A stretch of 64,000 nt of DNA, from the NCBI GenBank assembly GCA_046350165.1, contig JAXMAY010000013.1, positions 69,190 to 133,189 of the forward strand, in the 5' to 3' direction. Shown here in pieces: positions 28,898 through 41,960 of the stretch. The DNA comes from Gemmataceae bacterium (lineage in GTDB: Bacteria; Planctomycetota; Planctomycetia; Gemmatales; Gemmataceae). The position numbers were made by a program, and so were the translations under genes. Position 1 is the stretch's first letter. Each line of letters begins with the position of its first letter. The notes under the pieces are model-generated. The model made no database searches and was not told the DNA's origin. It worked only from the letters and a program-made list of their open reading frames with translations.

Positions 28898-31800
28898 ATG
28901 CCCAATCGTCGCCCGCTCACGACCTCATCGATGGCACAGGATGCCATTCGGAAGTTCATTGCTTTCAATCGACATCGGCATATTGCGTTCGTTTATTTTC
29001 TGATTGGACAAATCTGGATCTGGCTTTCCTTTGCAATTCTCGCCTATCGCGGCCTCGATGATCGCATTGGATTCTGGACCGCCGCGGTCAATGGGTCGAT
29101 TGCCATTGCCGTCTCGGCTTTGCTGGTGCTGGGTTATGCCCGAAGCCGATTCGTAACCATGACCAAGGACCATGTCCTTCTGCAAGCGGTCATCGAAGGG
29201 GCGAAAGACGCCGTCTTCGTCAAGGATGCGGGTGGAAAATACGTCATGGTCAACGAGGTGGCGGCCCGGATGATCAACCTGCCGGTGTCACTCATTTTAG
29301 GCAAACGGGACTCGGAACTCTTTGATGCGGAAAGTGCGAGACGAATCCAGCAATCCGATCGCCGTGTGCTGACCACGTGCGAGCCATTGACACTCGAGGA
29401 AGAGTTCCCGGTCAATGGCGTCACGAAGACATTATTGACGACCAAAACGCCTTATTACGATGCCGATCGACGCGTCTGCGGTGTCGTCGGGATTTCCCGG
29501 GACATTTCCGATCAACATCATGCCAACGTTCAACTCCTGACCGAACGGGATCGTTACGAAAAGCTGGCCGAAGCGGTTCCACTGGTCCTTTGTTCCTATC
29601 AGCAGCGTGCGGATGGATCCGTCTGCATTCCCTTTGCGAGCAAGCGGATTGAATCGATTTTTGGGATTTCCACCGCGAAATTAGCCGAGGATGCCTCGGG
29701 AATCTTTGATCGCATCCAACCGGAAGATGCAGATTCAATTCGGTCCTCCGTTGAATTATCCGCCCGCACCATGAGCACTTGGCGGGCCGAATTTCGCGTG
29801 CAGAGTCCGGTGCTGGGAGAAATCTGGGTCGAAGGAAGTTCCGTTCCCTCCCGTCAACCGGACGGATCCGTTTTGTGGCATGGCTACATCCATAACATCA
29901 CGGAGCAAAAACGCACGACGATTGCCCTGGGGGAAAGCGAAGGTCAATTCCGCGCCACGTTCGAACAGGCCGCCGTCGGCATCACCCACGTGGACCTCGA
30001 TGGCCGATTCATGAAAGTGAATGGACGGTTCGCCGAGATGACGGGATTCACATTCGACGACCTCTCCACACTGACATTTCAGCAGATTACCTATCCGGAC
30101 GACCTCTCGACCGATGAAGCCCTCATGCAGCAACTGCTCAAGGGCGAACGCGAAAACTACTCTCTGGAAAAACGCTACATCCGCAAGAACGGCAGCATCG
30201 TCTGGGTGAATCTGACCGTCTCGCTGCGTCGAACGACGGACGGCCAACCGTTGCATTACATTTCCGTGATCGAGGATATCACGGCCCGCAAGCAGGCGGA
30301 AACCGCCCTGCGGGACAGCGAGGAACGGTTCCGGGCGGTGGTGGACCAGGCAACCGATGCGTTTTTCCTTCTCGACAAGACGGGTCGAATCGTCGATACG
30401 AATCGGGCCGCCTGTGAAATGCTAGATTATCCGCGAAATGATCTAATCGGACGGAGAGCGGACGCCATCGAGTCCACTTTGTCCGAAGCCAAAATCCAGG
30501 AGATCACCCAGTCGCTCCGCTCCGGCGCGACGATCGCTTACGATGCGAACTTTTTGCGAAAGGGAGGCCATCCCGTTCCCGTCGAAGTTCGCACCCGGTT
30601 ACTGGAAATCGGCGGGGAAAAATACGGCCTTTCGATCGCCCGGGATAATACCGAACGGGTCCGCACCGAAGCGGCGATTCGCGAGCATGGGGCCTTTGTT
30701 CGCGGTGTTCTGGATTCGGTTTCAGCGCATATCGCCGTGCTCGATCCCAACGGCAATATCATTGCCGTCAACGCCGCGTGGCGGGACTTCGGACGGAATG
30801 AATCTTTTATGGTGGATCAGGCGATCGGCACCTCGATCGGCAAGAACTACCTGGAGGTTTGCGAACAAAGTGCACGACGGGGCTGTCACGATGGCGTTTT
30901 GGCCATCGCGGCGATCCGACAGGTCCTCTCGGGCGAACTGCCCCGGGCGGGCTTCGAGTACTTTTATCAATCCACTTCAGGGTATCGATGGTTCGAAATG
31001 GCGGTCACTCCGCTCGAACTCGCGCAAGGCGGCGCGGTTGTCTCCCATCTCGACATTACCGACCGCAAACAGGCGGAACTGCTGGCGACGGAAAACCGGG
31101 CAAAATTGCAGGCAGCATTGAACAGCATGAGCGATGCGGTTTGCATTTCGGACAAAAATGGACAGTTTGTTGAATTGAACGACGCCTTCGCCCGCGTGCA
31201 TAAATTTAGTTCGAAATCCGAATGCAGCCGATGGTTTTCTGATTATCCCGACATTCTCGAACTCTATTTCCTGAATGGTGAGCCTGTCCCTCTCGAAATG
31301 TGGGCGGTGTCTCGGGCCTTGAGGGGCGAAATCGGCACGGAGGTTGAATATCGACTGCGTCGGAAGGATACCGGGGTCGAATGGATCGGCAGCTACAATT
31401 TCGGACCAATCAAGAATCAAAACGGCGAAATCGTGGGCAGTGTGGCGGTGGGCCGGGATGTGACCGCTCAAAAACAAGCCGAAGAAGCCCGCAGTCGCCT
31501 CGCTTCCATCGTGGAATCCTCCTCCGACGCCATCATGAGCAAATCGCTCGATGGGATGATTCTCACCTGGAACGACGGAGCCAAACGTTTATTTGGTTAC
31601 GATGCCGACGAGATGATCGGAGGCTCGGTCTCCCGGTTGATTCCTCCCGAACGACGCGGCGAGGAGGAACAGATTCTGACGTGCATTCGGAACGGGATCC
31701 TCGTTGCGAATTACGACACGGAACGGGTCACCAAACACGGAAACCGCATCACGGTTTCCATGACGACTTCGCCCATTCGGGACAACTCCGGTCAGGTGAT

Positions 31801-34261
31801 CGGGGCTTCGAAAATCGTCCATGACATCAGTGAACGCAAGCGGGCCGAGGCCTCGATCCGCGACAGCGAATCGCGATTCCGGACGCTGGTCGAATGCCTG
31901 CCCATCGCGGTTTGTATCGTGGCGAACGGCGAAATCACGTTTTGCAACCCCGCCGCCACCGAACTGTTTGGCGCCCAAAATCGCGATCAGATTCTGAACC
32001 GTTCGCCGATCGACCTCATTCATCCGGAGGATCGGGAGGCATTTCGTCAGCGTCTTTTGGATTTGGAACTTTATCGCAGTCCGTTACCGATCCAGGAAAG
32101 TCGCGGGATTCGCCTGGATGATGGCCGCAGTGTGCCGGTTCACGTCCTCGCGACGCCTGTGCAGGATCACGGGAAGGAAGCCACGCTCCTGGTCCTTCGC
32201 GATCTGTCGGATCAAAAGCGGGCGGAGGAGTTCGTCGCCAGTCAAAATGCGATTTTGGAGCAAATCGCCTCGGGTGGGAATCTGAACAAGACGCTGACCG
32301 ATATCGTTCGCATCGTCGAAAATGAAAACATCGGTGTCATCGCCTCCATTTTACTTCTCGATCGCGAGGGCCGGCTCCGAGTCGGAGCGTCCCGAAACCT
32401 TCCGGCGGAATACAACGCCGCGATTGAAGGTGTGGCCATCGGACCCAATGTCGGCTCCTGCGGCACGGCCGCCTTCATGGGAAAAACCATCGACGTCCAG
32501 GACATCGCCACCGATCCACTCTGGGCGAACTACCGCGAACTTGCCCTGTCGCACGGCCTGACCGCTTGCTGGTCGATCCCGATCTTCGCGGCTCAACGAG
32601 GGTCCAACCCGCCCGAAGTGCTCGGAACGTTTGCCATCTATAACCTCCCGAAAGTCGATCGCGACCTTTATTACGATGTCCTGGTCGATCGTGCCGGACA
32701 TTTGGCCAGCATTGCGATTGAAACCGCACGGACCGCGTCCGACTTGCGGAACAGTGAGGAACGGTTCCGCACGCTGGTCGATAGCCTGCCGGATGCCGTG
32801 TTCCTGAATATCGGCGGGAAAGTCGCATTCTGTAATTTGTCCTGTCTCCGACTGTTCGGGGCATCAGAACAGAGCGAGTTGCTGGGCAAATCGCCGTTCG
32901 AACTGCATCCTCCCGAATATCACGATATCATTCGCAATTGCATCGCCTCGCAGGAATTTCGAGGCGCACCCGTCGCGGAAATCGAGGAGGAAATCATCCG
33001 CCTGGACGGTCGTCGTGTCCCGGTGACGGTGATCGCGTTGCCCATCGTTCACGGTGGCACCCACGCCCACCTCGTTGTGCTTCGCGACCTCACGGTGTTG
33101 CGCCAACTCGAGGATCAATTCCGCGAAGCCCAGAAAATGGAAGCCATTGGCCGACTGGCCGGCGGCGTCGCCCACGATTTCAATAACCTGCTGACGGTCA
33201 TCAATGGCTATGCCGACATCATGCTGGCCGGCCTGCCCATGGGTCATGTGAGCCGTCCGACCATCACCGCGATTCGCTCCGCCGGTGAACGGGCGGCGGG
33301 ACTGACCAGTCAACTGCTGGCGTTCAGCCGCAAAGCCGTGATCACACCACGCGTGCTCGATCTCAACAGTGTCACCCGGGAATCCGACAAACTTCTGCGA
33401 CGGCTGATCGGGGAGGATGTCCGCCTATCGACGACGCTAGACCCCGAATCGTGCTACATCCAGGCCGATCCCAACCAGATCGATCAGATCCTGCTGAATC
33501 TCGCCGTCAATGCCCGCGACACCATGCCCGATGGCGGCCGACTGACGATCGGCACACGTCGGATTTCCATCGAAAACAGCGATTCGCCCGAGCCGCAGTC
33601 GATCCGTCCCGGGCAGTATGTTGAGTTATCCGTTGCGGATACCGGTTGCGGCATGACCGACGCAGTCAAAGCCAAGCTGTTCGAGCCGTTCTTTACCACC
33701 AAGGGCGTCGGCAAAGGCACGGGCCTGGGCCTGGCCGTGGTTCACGGCGTCGTCAAGCAGGCGGGCGGGCATATCAGCGTGGAATCGACCGTGGGACAGG
33801 GAACGACCTTCCGCCTACTCTTCCCGGAGGTCGATCCGCCACTGAAAGACGCCACGAAAGTCGACCAGGCCAAAGACGGTCATGGCCATGAGACCATCCT
33901 TATGGTCGAGGATGAAGATTCGGTCCGTGCGTTGTGTCGTCTTTCGCTCGAATCGCAGGGATATCAAGTCCTCGAAGCCGAAAGTGGAGTCGCAGCGCTC
34001 GATATTGTGAAAAACCATCCCGACCCCATCCATCTGCTGGTCACCGATCTGATCATGCCCGAAATGAGCGGGCGGGAATTGGCCCTTCGCATCCGCGAAG
34101 CCCGGCCGGGTATTCGCGTGCTTTACGTCAGCGGTTACACCGATGATTCCGAAGTGGTTCAAGGGGTCCGCGAGGCGACCGATGCGTTCCTGCAGAAGCC
34201 ATTCACACCGCTGGGATTGGCTCGCAAAGTCCGGGCCGTGCTGGATGACCGGGATTGTTGA
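28898..34261 (+). CDS. giant hybrid sensor histidine kinase (TM N-domain, about 9 PAS/PAC, GAF, HisKA, HATPase_c, REC)
   Basis: The protein is 1787 aa. It has two N-terminal TM helices, many PAS signatures (e.g. ...DITDRKQAE...), a GAF region ([31 protein letters not shown]...), the H-box [24 protein letters not shown], an ATPase N/G boxes region ([15 protein letters not shown]...DTGCGM...[11 protein letters not shown]) and the receiver [13 protein letters not shown]...[13 protein letters not shown]. Confidence 0.9.
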   Translation: MPNRRPLTTSSMAQDAIRKFIAFNRHRHIAFVYFLIGQIWIWLSFAILAYRGLDDRIGFWTAAVNGSIAIAVSALLVLGYARSRFVTMTKDHVLLQAVIEGAKDAVFVKDAGGKYVMVNEVAARMINLPVSLILGKRDSELFDAESARRIQQSDRRVLTTCEPLTLEEEFPVNGVTKTLLTTKTPYYDADRRVCGVVGISRDISDQHHANVQLLTERDRYEKLAEAVPLVLCSYQQRADGSVCIPFASKRIESIFGISTAKLAEDASGIFDRIQPEDADSIRSSVELSARTMSTWRAEFRVQSPVLGEIWVEGSSVPSRQPDGSVLWHGYIHNITEQKRTTIALGESEGQFRATFEQAAVGITHVDLDGRFMKVNGRFAEMTGFTFDDLSTLTFQQITYPDDLSTDEALMQQLLKGERENYSLEKRYIRKNGSIVWVNLTVSLRRTTDGQPLHYISVIEDITARKQAETALRDSEERFRAVVDQATDAFFLLDKTGRIVDTNRAACEMLDYPRNDLIGRRADAIESTLSEAKIQEITQSLRSGATIAYDANFLRKGGHPVPVEVRTRLLEIGGEKYGLSIARDNTERVRTEAAIREHGAFVRGVLDSVSAHIAVLDPNGNIIAVNAAWRDFGRNESFMVDQAIGTSIGKNYLEVCEQSARRGCHDGVLAIAAIRQVLSGELPRAGFEYFYQSTSGYRWFEMAVTPLELAQGGAVVSHLDITDRKQAELLATENRAKLQAALNSMSDAVCISDKNGQFVELNDAFARVHKFSSKSECSRWFSDYPDILELYFLNGEPVPLEMWAVSRALRGEIGTEVEYRLRRKDTGVEWIGSYNFGPIKNQNGEIVGSVAVGRDVTAQKQAEEARSRLASIVESSSDAIMSKSLDGMILTWNDGAKRLFGYDADEMIGGSVSRLIPPERRGEEEQILTCIRNGILVANYDTERVTKHGNRITVSMTTSPIRDNSGQVIGASKIVHDISERKRAEASIRDSESRFRTLVECLPIAVCIVANGEITFCNPAATELFGAQNRDQILNRSPIDLIHPEDREAFRQRLLDLELYRSPLPIQESRGIRLDDGRSVPVHVLATPVQDHGKEATLLVLRDLSDQKRAEEFVASQNAILEQIASGGNLNKTLTDIVRIVENENIGVIASILLLDREGRLRVGASRNLPAEYNAAIEGVAIGPNVGSCGTAAFMGKTIDVQDIATDPLWANYRELALSHGLTACWSIPIFAAQRGSNPPEVLGTFAIYNLPKVDRDLYYDVLVDRAGHLASIAIETARTASDLRNSEERFRTLVDSLPDAVFLNIGGKVAFCNLSCLRLFGASEQSELLGKSPFELHPPEYHDIIRNCIASQEFRGAPVAEIEEEIIRLDGRRVPVTVIALPIVHGGTHAHLVVLRDLTVLRQLEDQFREAQKMEAIGRLAGGVAHDFNNLLTVINGYADIMLAGLPMGHVSRPTITAIRSAGERAAGLTSQLLAFSRKAVITPRVLDLNSVTRESDKLLRRLIGEDVRLSTTLDPESCYIQADPNQIDQILLNLAVNARDTMPDGGRLTIGTRRISIENSDSPEPQSIRPGQYVELSVADTGCGMTDAVKAKLFEPFFTTKGVGKGTGLGLAVVHGVVKQAGGHISVESTVGQGTTFRLLFPEVDPPLKDATKVDQAKDGHGHETILMVEDEDSVRALCRLSLESQGYQVLEAESGVAALDIVKNHPDPIHLLVTDLIMPEMSGRELALRIREARPGIRVLYVSGYTDDSEVVQGVREATDAFLQKPFTPLGLARKVRAVLDDRDC

Positions 34262-34306
34262 GAAACGCACAACGTAACAATTGAATTCCCAATCCCCTTT
34301 TCAAAA

Positions 34307-34342
34307 ACACGGGCATCGATCACTGTCGATCGATGCCCGTGT
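34307..34342. terminator. 14-bp inverted repeat hairpin (acacgggcatcgat-N8-atcgatgcccgtgt) between convergent genes
   Basis: The hairpin lies between the stop of the sensor kinase (34261, +) and the stop of the flotillin-like gene (34379, -). It is a GC-rich perfect stem, a candidate bidirectional terminator. Confidence 0.5.
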
Positions 34343-34378
34343 TCGGTTGTCGGCGGAATCAGCTTCGATTCCGAGTGG

Positions 34379-36475
34379 TTAACTGGTCAGCGTGGCGGTG
34401 GCTTCCTTCGCCAGGGCATCACATTCCCCGCGAAGCTCATTCATTTCGCCCGTGGGAGCGAAGCCGGATTTCTCAGCCACCAGCAGGTTCATCAGCACGG
34501 CCAGCGGCCCGGCCTCCTTCGACGAATCCCCGCTGACAAAGAGCCGTTCGGGCACCAGCGGTTGGGCACTGTTCGACAGCTTTTCCGCGATGACCGAAAG
34601 GGCGAACAGTTTGGGATCGCCATAGCTGGCCACCTTTCGCATGAGCACGGCCGCCTCGGAGAGACCGATCTGCAAGGCCTTCTGCCCTTCCCCCTTCCCG
34701 GCCAGCACTTTCTGCTTGGCGTCGGCCTCGGCGGTCAAAACGGTCTGCTCGGCGGTGCGCCGGGCTTTCGCCAGTTCGGCTTCCGCCATCACCACCATCT
34801 GCTCGCTCTGCTTGCGGGCACGGGCCAACTCCGCTTCCCCGCGGCTTTCGTTGATCTGCACTTCGACGCGGGCATTGGTCAGTTGCACCTGGATCGCTGC
34901 CACCGCCTGAGCCTCATTGAGGCTTCGCAGTTTATCCGCCGCGACCCGCTGCCGTTCGTACGTTTCCACCTGTTCCATGGACAGCTGACGCAAGCGCAAC
35001 TGTTCCAGCAACGCCTCGATTTTGGTATCGTTCGCCGGCGATTCCGGCCGACCGATCAGCACGTCGACGCATTCGATGTCGAATTCGCGGAATCGATCCC
35101 GCAACTCCTGCCGGGCTTCCGTCTGGATCGCGTCGCGTTCGTGCAGCAGTTCAAGCATCGTCTTGGTGTGGGCGATGTCCCGGAAATACGCACTGAGCAT
35201 TGGGTCCAGCGTTTGCGTGATCAACTTCTTGACGTCGCCGAAGCGTTGAATCACGCTGGGGGCCCGCTGGTAATCGATGTGGACCACCACGGACAGCGGC
35301 AGCAGCGGTTCGTACGCATCGCGGGTCACGAGGTCGATCGACTTCAGCCCTTCATCGAAACGGTGCGTCTCCGTTTTTCCCGTGATCCAGTGCAGTACGA
35401 AGTTCGTCGTCGGCACCTTGATTACCTGGCCCGCGTAGATGTTAAACGGGTATTTCCCCGGCCCCAGCGGACGCTCCCACACGCCGCGTTCTCCTTCCTG
35501 AACGCGTTCGCCGTGTCGGAATGTCGTTCCGCTCACGTCGTTCCCCGTGCGGCCGACATAGCTCACGACCACGCCCACGTGGCCAATGGGCACCACGGTT
35601 TTCGGCAGCAGTTCCACCGTCGCAAACCAGCGGTTCAGAAAGTACGTCCCGTCCGTGAGGGCGGCGTATTGCCGGCCCCGACGGCCACCGGCCCGCAAAA
35701 ATGCTTCCGGATCCTGATAGTTGTTGTGATAGCTTGCGCCATCCGGTTCGGTCCCGGCCGCGGGGGCGATGATTTCACCCGGCGCCAGGCTGGGACCGTC
35801 GTGGACCGTCACAACGCCGATCATGTCGTGCAGGACGTCGGAATCCTCTTCCTCGGAATGGTGGCCGCCAATCACGACCGGATGAAACCCGTCGCAATCC
35901 CGCAGCTGTTCGTGCCACTGTTTCACCGCCCGGCCTTCGGTGTTGTCGTTTAAAGCCGGCAACACATAGGCACGGTCGTCGGTCATCACGGCGAACAGGG
36001 CCGGGTTAATGGCATAAACCCCTTCGCGAAGAATCGCCCGCTGGCGACCGCGCTGACCGCAATTCACATTCAGGAACGCCCGAGCGTCCTGAAAGTTGTT
36101 GCAATTCGTGAACCGTCCCAGCGTCTGGCTCGGCGGCAGCGGTTCACCGTCGCGGGCATAGACGTAACCAATCTGCCCCTGCGGTACGGTCACGAGCGGC
36201 ACGACGTGAATGCGATACTGCCAGCGCCAAAAGCCGAAGTGGATGCCACCCCGCAGCAGATCGGCCTGGAAGCCGGCTTCGCCGTCGAGCGAAAGGATTC
36301 TCCCTTCCTTGACGGAACCCGATCCGCTCCAGAGTTTTTCGACCACGCCGACTTTGTCGTTCGGGATTTGCCGGACGGTCAGCCAGACGGCGAACAGGGC
36401 AAGGAACAGTGCTCCCATGGCGTAGGGAAGCCAGGGCATGAGCGGCAGACCGCTCAGGATCGATTGGGCAAACAT
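34379..36475 (-). CDS. SPFH/band-7 (flotillin-like) membrane protein with a long coiled-coil C-terminus
   Basis: N-terminal TM helices (LPLMPWLPYAMGALFLALFAVWLTV), SPFH-like segments, then EAELARARKQSEQMVVMAEAELAKARRTAEQTVLTAEADAKQKVLAGKGEGQKALQIG, the flotillin EA-repeat region. Confidence 0.7.
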   Translation of the reverse strand: MFAQSILSGLPLMPWLPYAMGALFLALFAVWLTVRQIPNDKVGVVEKLWSGSGSVKEGRILSLDGEAGFQADLLRGGIHFGFWRWQYRIHVVPLVTVPQGQIGYVYARDGEPLPPSQTLGRFTNCNNFQDARAFLNVNCGQRGRQRAILREGVYAINPALFAVMTDDRAYVLPALNDNTEGRAVKQWHEQLRDCDGFHPVVIGGHHSEEEDSDVLHDMIGVVTVHDGPSLAPGEIIAPAAGTEPDGASYHNNYQDPEAFLRAGGRRGRQYAALTDGTYFLNRWFATVELLPKTVVPIGHVGVVVSYVGRTGNDVSGTTFRHGERVQEGERGVWERPLGPGKYPFNIYAGQVIKVPTTNFVLHWITGKTETHRFDEGLKSIDLVTRDAYEPLLPLSVVVHIDYQRAPSVIQRFGDVKKLITQTLDPMLSAYFRDIAHTKTMLELLHERDAIQTEARQELRDRFREFDIECVDVLIGRPESPANDTKIEALLEQLRLRQLSMEQVETYERQRVAADKLRSLNEAQAVAAIQVQLTNARVEVQINESRGEAELARARKQSEQMVVMAEAELAKARRTAEQTVLTAEADAKQKVLAGKGEGQKALQIGLSEAAVLMRKVASYGDPKLFALSVIAEKLSNSAQPLVPERLFVSGDSSKEAGPLAVLMNLLVAEKSGFAPTGEMNELRGECDALAKEATATLTS

Positions 36476-36986
36476 GGAAGAGCTACCAACGGAAATGGCG
36501 CGAACGCTTCGAGATGAATAGCGACGACAACCAGTTCATGGCTTCAACAACATGTTGAAACCGCCTACGAGGTTAGCTGACGGGCGACGGTCTGAACGAA
36601 CCGCATGGACCGGAATCCACTAAGCCCCGGGGAGCGTCTCTCGTCGCTCCCGATTGGTTCCCCCGTTCCCGCTGGTGGCGGGACTCGGCATATGGTGGTT
36701 ATTCTACCTTGCGGTTTTGAGATTTTGAATGGAAATCGCGTATAAATCGCAATTCGCGATAGCGATTGGACTTGTGACAAAAATGAAAACCGATTGAGCT
36801 GGGGTATTACATTTTTCAATCTGTGAGACCGACTGGAATGTGATTGTGGTATGGCAATGGATGTTCCGCCTGAAAAATCACCATATTTCCTGACCATTGA
36901 TTTTTCACGATTACCGTTTTCTGATTGGCCGAATGGTCTCCCGTCCGATTACAATCATTCGAAACTCTCCCTGACAGGTTACACCG

Positions 36987-39955
36987 ATGTCTCGACAGGC
37001 ACGTCTGATCGTACCTTCGTTGCTGGTTGCCATCCTGATACCCACCCTGGTTTATCGAACCCGAGCGGTGGAGCCGAATCCGGCAAAACGCATCCCGTGG
37101 ACGACGGGCACCATCACGGGCAGCCCCGAACCGCCGCCCCCGTATGCCGCCCCGCGTGCGTTTCCGAACACCAAGTTTTTCCATCCGCTGCTGATCGCCT
37201 CGATGCCCAGCTCGGATCTGCTCTTCATCGGCGAGCAGGATGGAATCATCTCGTCAGTCGATCCGAAAACGCCTGACGCGAAGCCGGTCCCTTTCGTGGA
37301 ACTCAAGGCGAACTGGAAAAAACTGACGCCCAACTCGCAGGCCAGTGATTTTGAATTTGTGTACGGCCTCTGTTTCCACCCGAAGTTCGTCACGAACCAT
37401 TACTGCTACATCAGCTACACGCTGAAAGGGAAAAAAGGGCCCAAAGTCGGACCGTTCGATCCCGAAAAGAACCTGCCGGACGGCACGCGAGTGTCCCGGT
37501 TCACGGTCGACATGTCCAAGCCTCGGCCGGTCGTCGATCTCGCCAGCGAAGTCGTGATCATCACTTACCCGCAAGGCGGGCACAACGGGGCGGACATTCA
37601 CTTCGGCCCCGATGGCTACCTTTACATCTCGACCGGCGATGCCGCCGACCCGAATCCGCCCGACCCCTTCAAGACCGGCACCGACTGCTCGGACCTGCTT
37701 GCCTCGATCCTCCGCATCGACGTGGACCACAAGGACGGCAAACTCAACTATTCGATTCCCAAGGACAATCCGTTCACGGGCAACGTCATCGATGATGGCA
37801 AACCGGTCCGCCCGGAAATCTGGAGCTACGGCTACCGCAACCCCTGGCGGATGAGCTTCGACCGCTCAACCGGTGAACTGTGGATCGGCGATGTCGGCTG
37901 GGAAACCTGGGAAATGGTGCACCGGGCCACGAAGGGCAGCAATCATGGCTGGAGCGTCTTCGAAGCCCGCCAGCCCATGAATTCCCAGTTGAAACTGGGC
38001 CCCACGCCCAATGTCACGCCGCCCATCATCGAACTCGACCACTCGCAGGCCGCCAGCGTCACGGGTGGCTACGTCTACCGTGGCAAGAAGTTCCCCGAAC
38101 TGTACGGCAAGTACATTTTCGGCGACTACATGACCAAGCGAATCTGGGCCGCCACGATCAAGGGCGACCGCTGCACCGAACTCGTCGACATCATCGATCC
38201 GACGATCCGCATCACCGCCTTCGGCGAAACCAACGACGGTGAAATCTATCTGGCGGACTACGACACCGGCACGATCCACACGCTCGAACCAACGTGCGAC
38301 CCAGCTACGACCCCAAGGCATTCCCGAAAACGCTGAGCCGAACGGGGCTGTATGCCAATCCGCAAGCGAACACCCTCGCACCCGGCGTCACGCCGTTCCT
38401 CATCAACACTGAAGCCTGGAGCGACGGTGCCCGTGCGGAACGCTTCTTTGCCATCCCGGGCAATGGAAAAATCCTGGATATTGAGGGCCGCAAGCAACTC
38501 GGTGGCAATATCGATTGGCTGCCGTTCCAGTTTCACTTTCCCAAGGATTCCGTGCTCGGCAAAACGCTGACGCTCAAGACCGAAGCGGGCGACAAACGCG
38601 TCGAAACCCAGATTCTCCATTACGATGGCCGCTACTGGCAGGCATACACCTTCCAATGGCGGGACGACCAGTCCGACGCGGATCTCGTCGCCGCGGATGG
38701 AAACGAAAAGGATTTTGTGGTTCCCGATGGTCGCGTGCCGGGCGGCAAACGCCGGCAGACCTGGAACTTCGCCAGCCGGGTGCAATGTCTCACCTGCCAT
38801 ACCGTCTGGGCCGAGGTTTCGCTGGGCTTCTCCTCGATGAACCTCAACCGCAATGGCCCCGATGGCAGGAATCAACTGGTGGCCCTCTGCGAACAAGGCT
38901 TCATGGATCGCGTCAAAAACGATGGCAAACCGAATCCGCCCTACGATGCGGAGATGGTGAAAAAGCTGGATCGACTCACGCCGGCCGGCGAAGAGAAAGC
39001 CAGCCTCGAAGATCGGGCTCGCTCGTACCTGCATGTGAACTGTTCGCACTGCCATCGCAATGGCGGCGGCGGTTCCTTGTCGTTCGAGTTGACCAAATGG
39101 GCGGATCTCACCAAGGGCATTCTCGATGCCCGGCCCACGCGTGGCTCGTTCGGCATCGAAAACGCCAGCGTCATTTCCTCCGGTCACCCCGAACGAAGCA
39201 CCCTGCTTTACCGCATGGCCAAGTTCGGGAAGGACCGCATGCCGCACATCGGTGCGGAACTGCCGGACCCGCAAGCATTGGAATTGATGAAACAGTGGAT
39301 CGCATCGAAGGGGAAAGACCCCGTCTCGACGGAAAAACTCCCCGCACAATCGAGCGAACGCGGCATTCTCGAAGCGGTCAAAACCGCAAGCCAGGCGAAA
39401 CTCGAACCCCGGCAAGTCGAGCAAATCGCAGCACTTCCCGCGGGGGCATACCGCGAACTCTTCGAAGGGTATCTGCCCCAGACGGGCGAACGCAAGCTGG
39501 GGCCGAACCCCCGGCCCCGCTCGATCCTCGGACTGTCCGGCAATCCCGAACGGGGCCGGGAACTGTTCATGAACGAGCGTAATCAATGCAGCAAGTGTCA
39601 CCAGATGGAGGGGAAAGGAATTGCCGTCGGCCCGGATCTTTCCAAAATCGCGAAGGATCAGACTCGCGAAATGCTGCTGGAAAGCATTATCGATCCGTCC
39701 CGCCGAATTGACGCCAAGTACCAGTCGTACGTCCTCAAAACTGAAGATGGCCGCACGTTGACCGGCGTGATCATGAAAAAAGATGCCCAGGGCGTCACGA
39801 TTCGAGATGCGGAAGGAAAGGATACCACGATCGTCAATGACAACATCACGTCACTGAAACCGTCACCAATGTCCCTCATGCCAACCGGGCTGGTTTCGGA
39901 CATGACGCCGCAGCAAGCGGCGGATTTGCTTGCATATCTGTCTGGGAAAAAGTAA
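36987..39955 (+). CDS. PQQ-type soluble glucose/sorbosone dehydrogenase (GSDH beta-propeller) fused to heme-binding CxxCH cytochrome c domains; one frame break near 38294-38336
   Basis: ORF 36987-38336 gives ...GYRNPWRMSFDRSTGELWIGDVGWETWEMV... (the SGL/GSDH signature) with a signal-anchor N-terminus. ORF 38294-39955 overlaps in another frame and carries CHTVWAE, CSHCHRNGGG and CSKCHQMEGKGIAVGPDLS ...LLAYLSG, i.e. cytochrome c. Together they would form a single protein of about 990 aa. Confidence 0.7.
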
Positions 39956-40171
39956 CCTGAAGGGATCGGGCCGTCTTCGCGACGGCCCGAGTCGAGCCAG
40001 CCGTTGACCGGCTGGCCCCGACCCTGATTGAATCGATTGTGCATTGGCCCGTTTGATTGGCGGAATCAGACAACCGTCTCGATTTACAATCACACTCGTT
40101 TCAAGCACCCTCTTTTCAGCCGCCCTCCCCACCGCGGAGACGCTTGTTCTCGTCTCCTTCCGGAGTAATCA

Positions 40172-41690
40172 ATGTTACTGCGTATTCCCCTTGGATTATT
40201 GGCTTTTTTCGCGGTGTTTCCCGCCGCGAAGTTATGGGCCGAAGAGCCGCCAGCCACGCGACCCCGGCCGAATATCGTCATGTTCCTCGTCGATGACATG
40301 GGCTGGCAGGAAACCTCGGTTCCTTTCCACACGGAAGTGACGGCACTCAACAAACGCTACCGCACGCCGAACATGGAACGGCTGGCCGCGGGCGGGATGA
40401 AGTGGACGCAAGCCTATGCCTGCGCGGTCTGCTCGCCGACCCGCATCAGCCTGCTTTCCGGAATGAGTTCCGCCCGTCACCGGGTCACCATCTGGACGCT
40501 GAGAAAAGACAAATCGCCCGATAGTGGCAACGCCGAATTCGATCCGCCGAAATGGAACGTGAACGGCGCCACGACGGAGTCCCACATCGATCGCACGGTG
40601 CAGATCACGCCGTTGCCACTTTTAATGAAAGATGAGGGGTATCACACCATTCACGTGGGCAAGGCCCACTTCGGAGCCAAGGGAACACCCGGCGATTCAC
40701 CATTGCATTTTGGATTCGACGTCAACATCGCCGGGCATGCCGCCGGCGGCCCGGGCAGTTACTGGGGCGAAAAGAACTACAGCGCCGGCTGGCGAAGCAA
40801 CGAACTCATCTGGGATGTGCCCGGCCTCAAGGAATACCACGGCAAGAATGTGTACCTGACGGAAGCATTGACGCGGGAAGCCATCAAAGCGGTGGAAAAG
40901 GCACATGAGGCGAAGAAGCCGTTTTATCTGTATATGTCCCATTATGCCGTGCATGCCCCATGGGAAAAAGACGACCGTTTTTATCAGAAATACATCGATG
41001 CCGGATTGAAACCGTTCGATGCCTCGCTGGCCTCGATGGTCGAGGGCATGGATCAATCACTCGGCGATATTCTGGATACATTGAAGCGTCTTAACATCGA
41101 AAACGATACAATCGTGCTGTTCATGAGCGATAACGGCTCACCCAAACAGTGCCCACCCAACCTGCCCTTACGCGGGCACAAACTGACCCCTATGAGGGGG
41201 CATACGCGAGCCGATGATCACCAGTTGGCCCGGCGTCATCAAACCCGGATCGGTGAATTCCACGCCCGTCATCATCGAAGACTTCTTCCCGACCATTCTG
41301 GAATTGTCCGGTTTAGAAGCTGGAAAAACGAAAAAAACCACCCAAACGGTGGACGGGATCAGCTTTGTTCCACTGATGAAAGGGACGGGCAAAGCAGATC
41401 CCGAACGCGCTTTCATCTGGCACTTCCCCCACAATTACAGCGGCCAAAAACCCTTCAGCGCCATCCGCAAAGGACCTTGGAAACTGATCGATTTCCATTA
41501 CCCGCACTCGTTCGAACTGTACAACATCGACGAGGATATCAGCGAAAAGAATGATCTGGCATCGAAGCGGCCGGATAAAGTCCGCGAACTGGCCAAACTA
41601 CTCGGCGAGCAACTCAGGAAAAGGGACGCTCAAATGCCCATCAACAAGGCGACGAAAAAACCGTTCCCTTGGCCGGACGAAACAAAGTAA
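40172..41690 (+). CDS. Cys-type sulfatase, secreted; one frame break near 41190-41215
   Basis: Signal peptide, then NIVMFLVDDMGW...YACAVCSPTRISLLSGMSSARH (C-x-P-x-R) ...FMSDNGSP. The C-terminal 158 aa (ITSWPGVIKPGS...) continue in an adjacent frame (ORF 41214-41690). Confidence 0.85.
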
Positions 41691-41960
41691 CACACGGACC
41701 GTCCATTCGATCAGTCTGCCAGTTCATTCACTGACTGTTCCGTGTCATCCCAGGCGAGACAATCACCTCACCGGGATGACACGAAACGTTTTCGTTTGTC
41801 GATTTCGTGCCAACACGGATGGCATGATAATCAACTGATCATGCCCATAATGGTATTGGATTCCCACCATCCATGGTGATTCCATGTAAGATGAAAAGTT
41901 GTCGACTCGAACAATCGCTCAAAACCTGACTCCCGCCATCAATTCGATCCGCGAGGCCTC

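Noticed and set aside
34562-39601. Long shadow ORFs 34562-35953 (+, 463 aa) and 38258-39601 (-, 447 aa)
   Set aside because: They are antisense to the flotillin-like gene and to the GSDH-cytochrome c gene respectively. They have no motifs and an R/G-rich composition.
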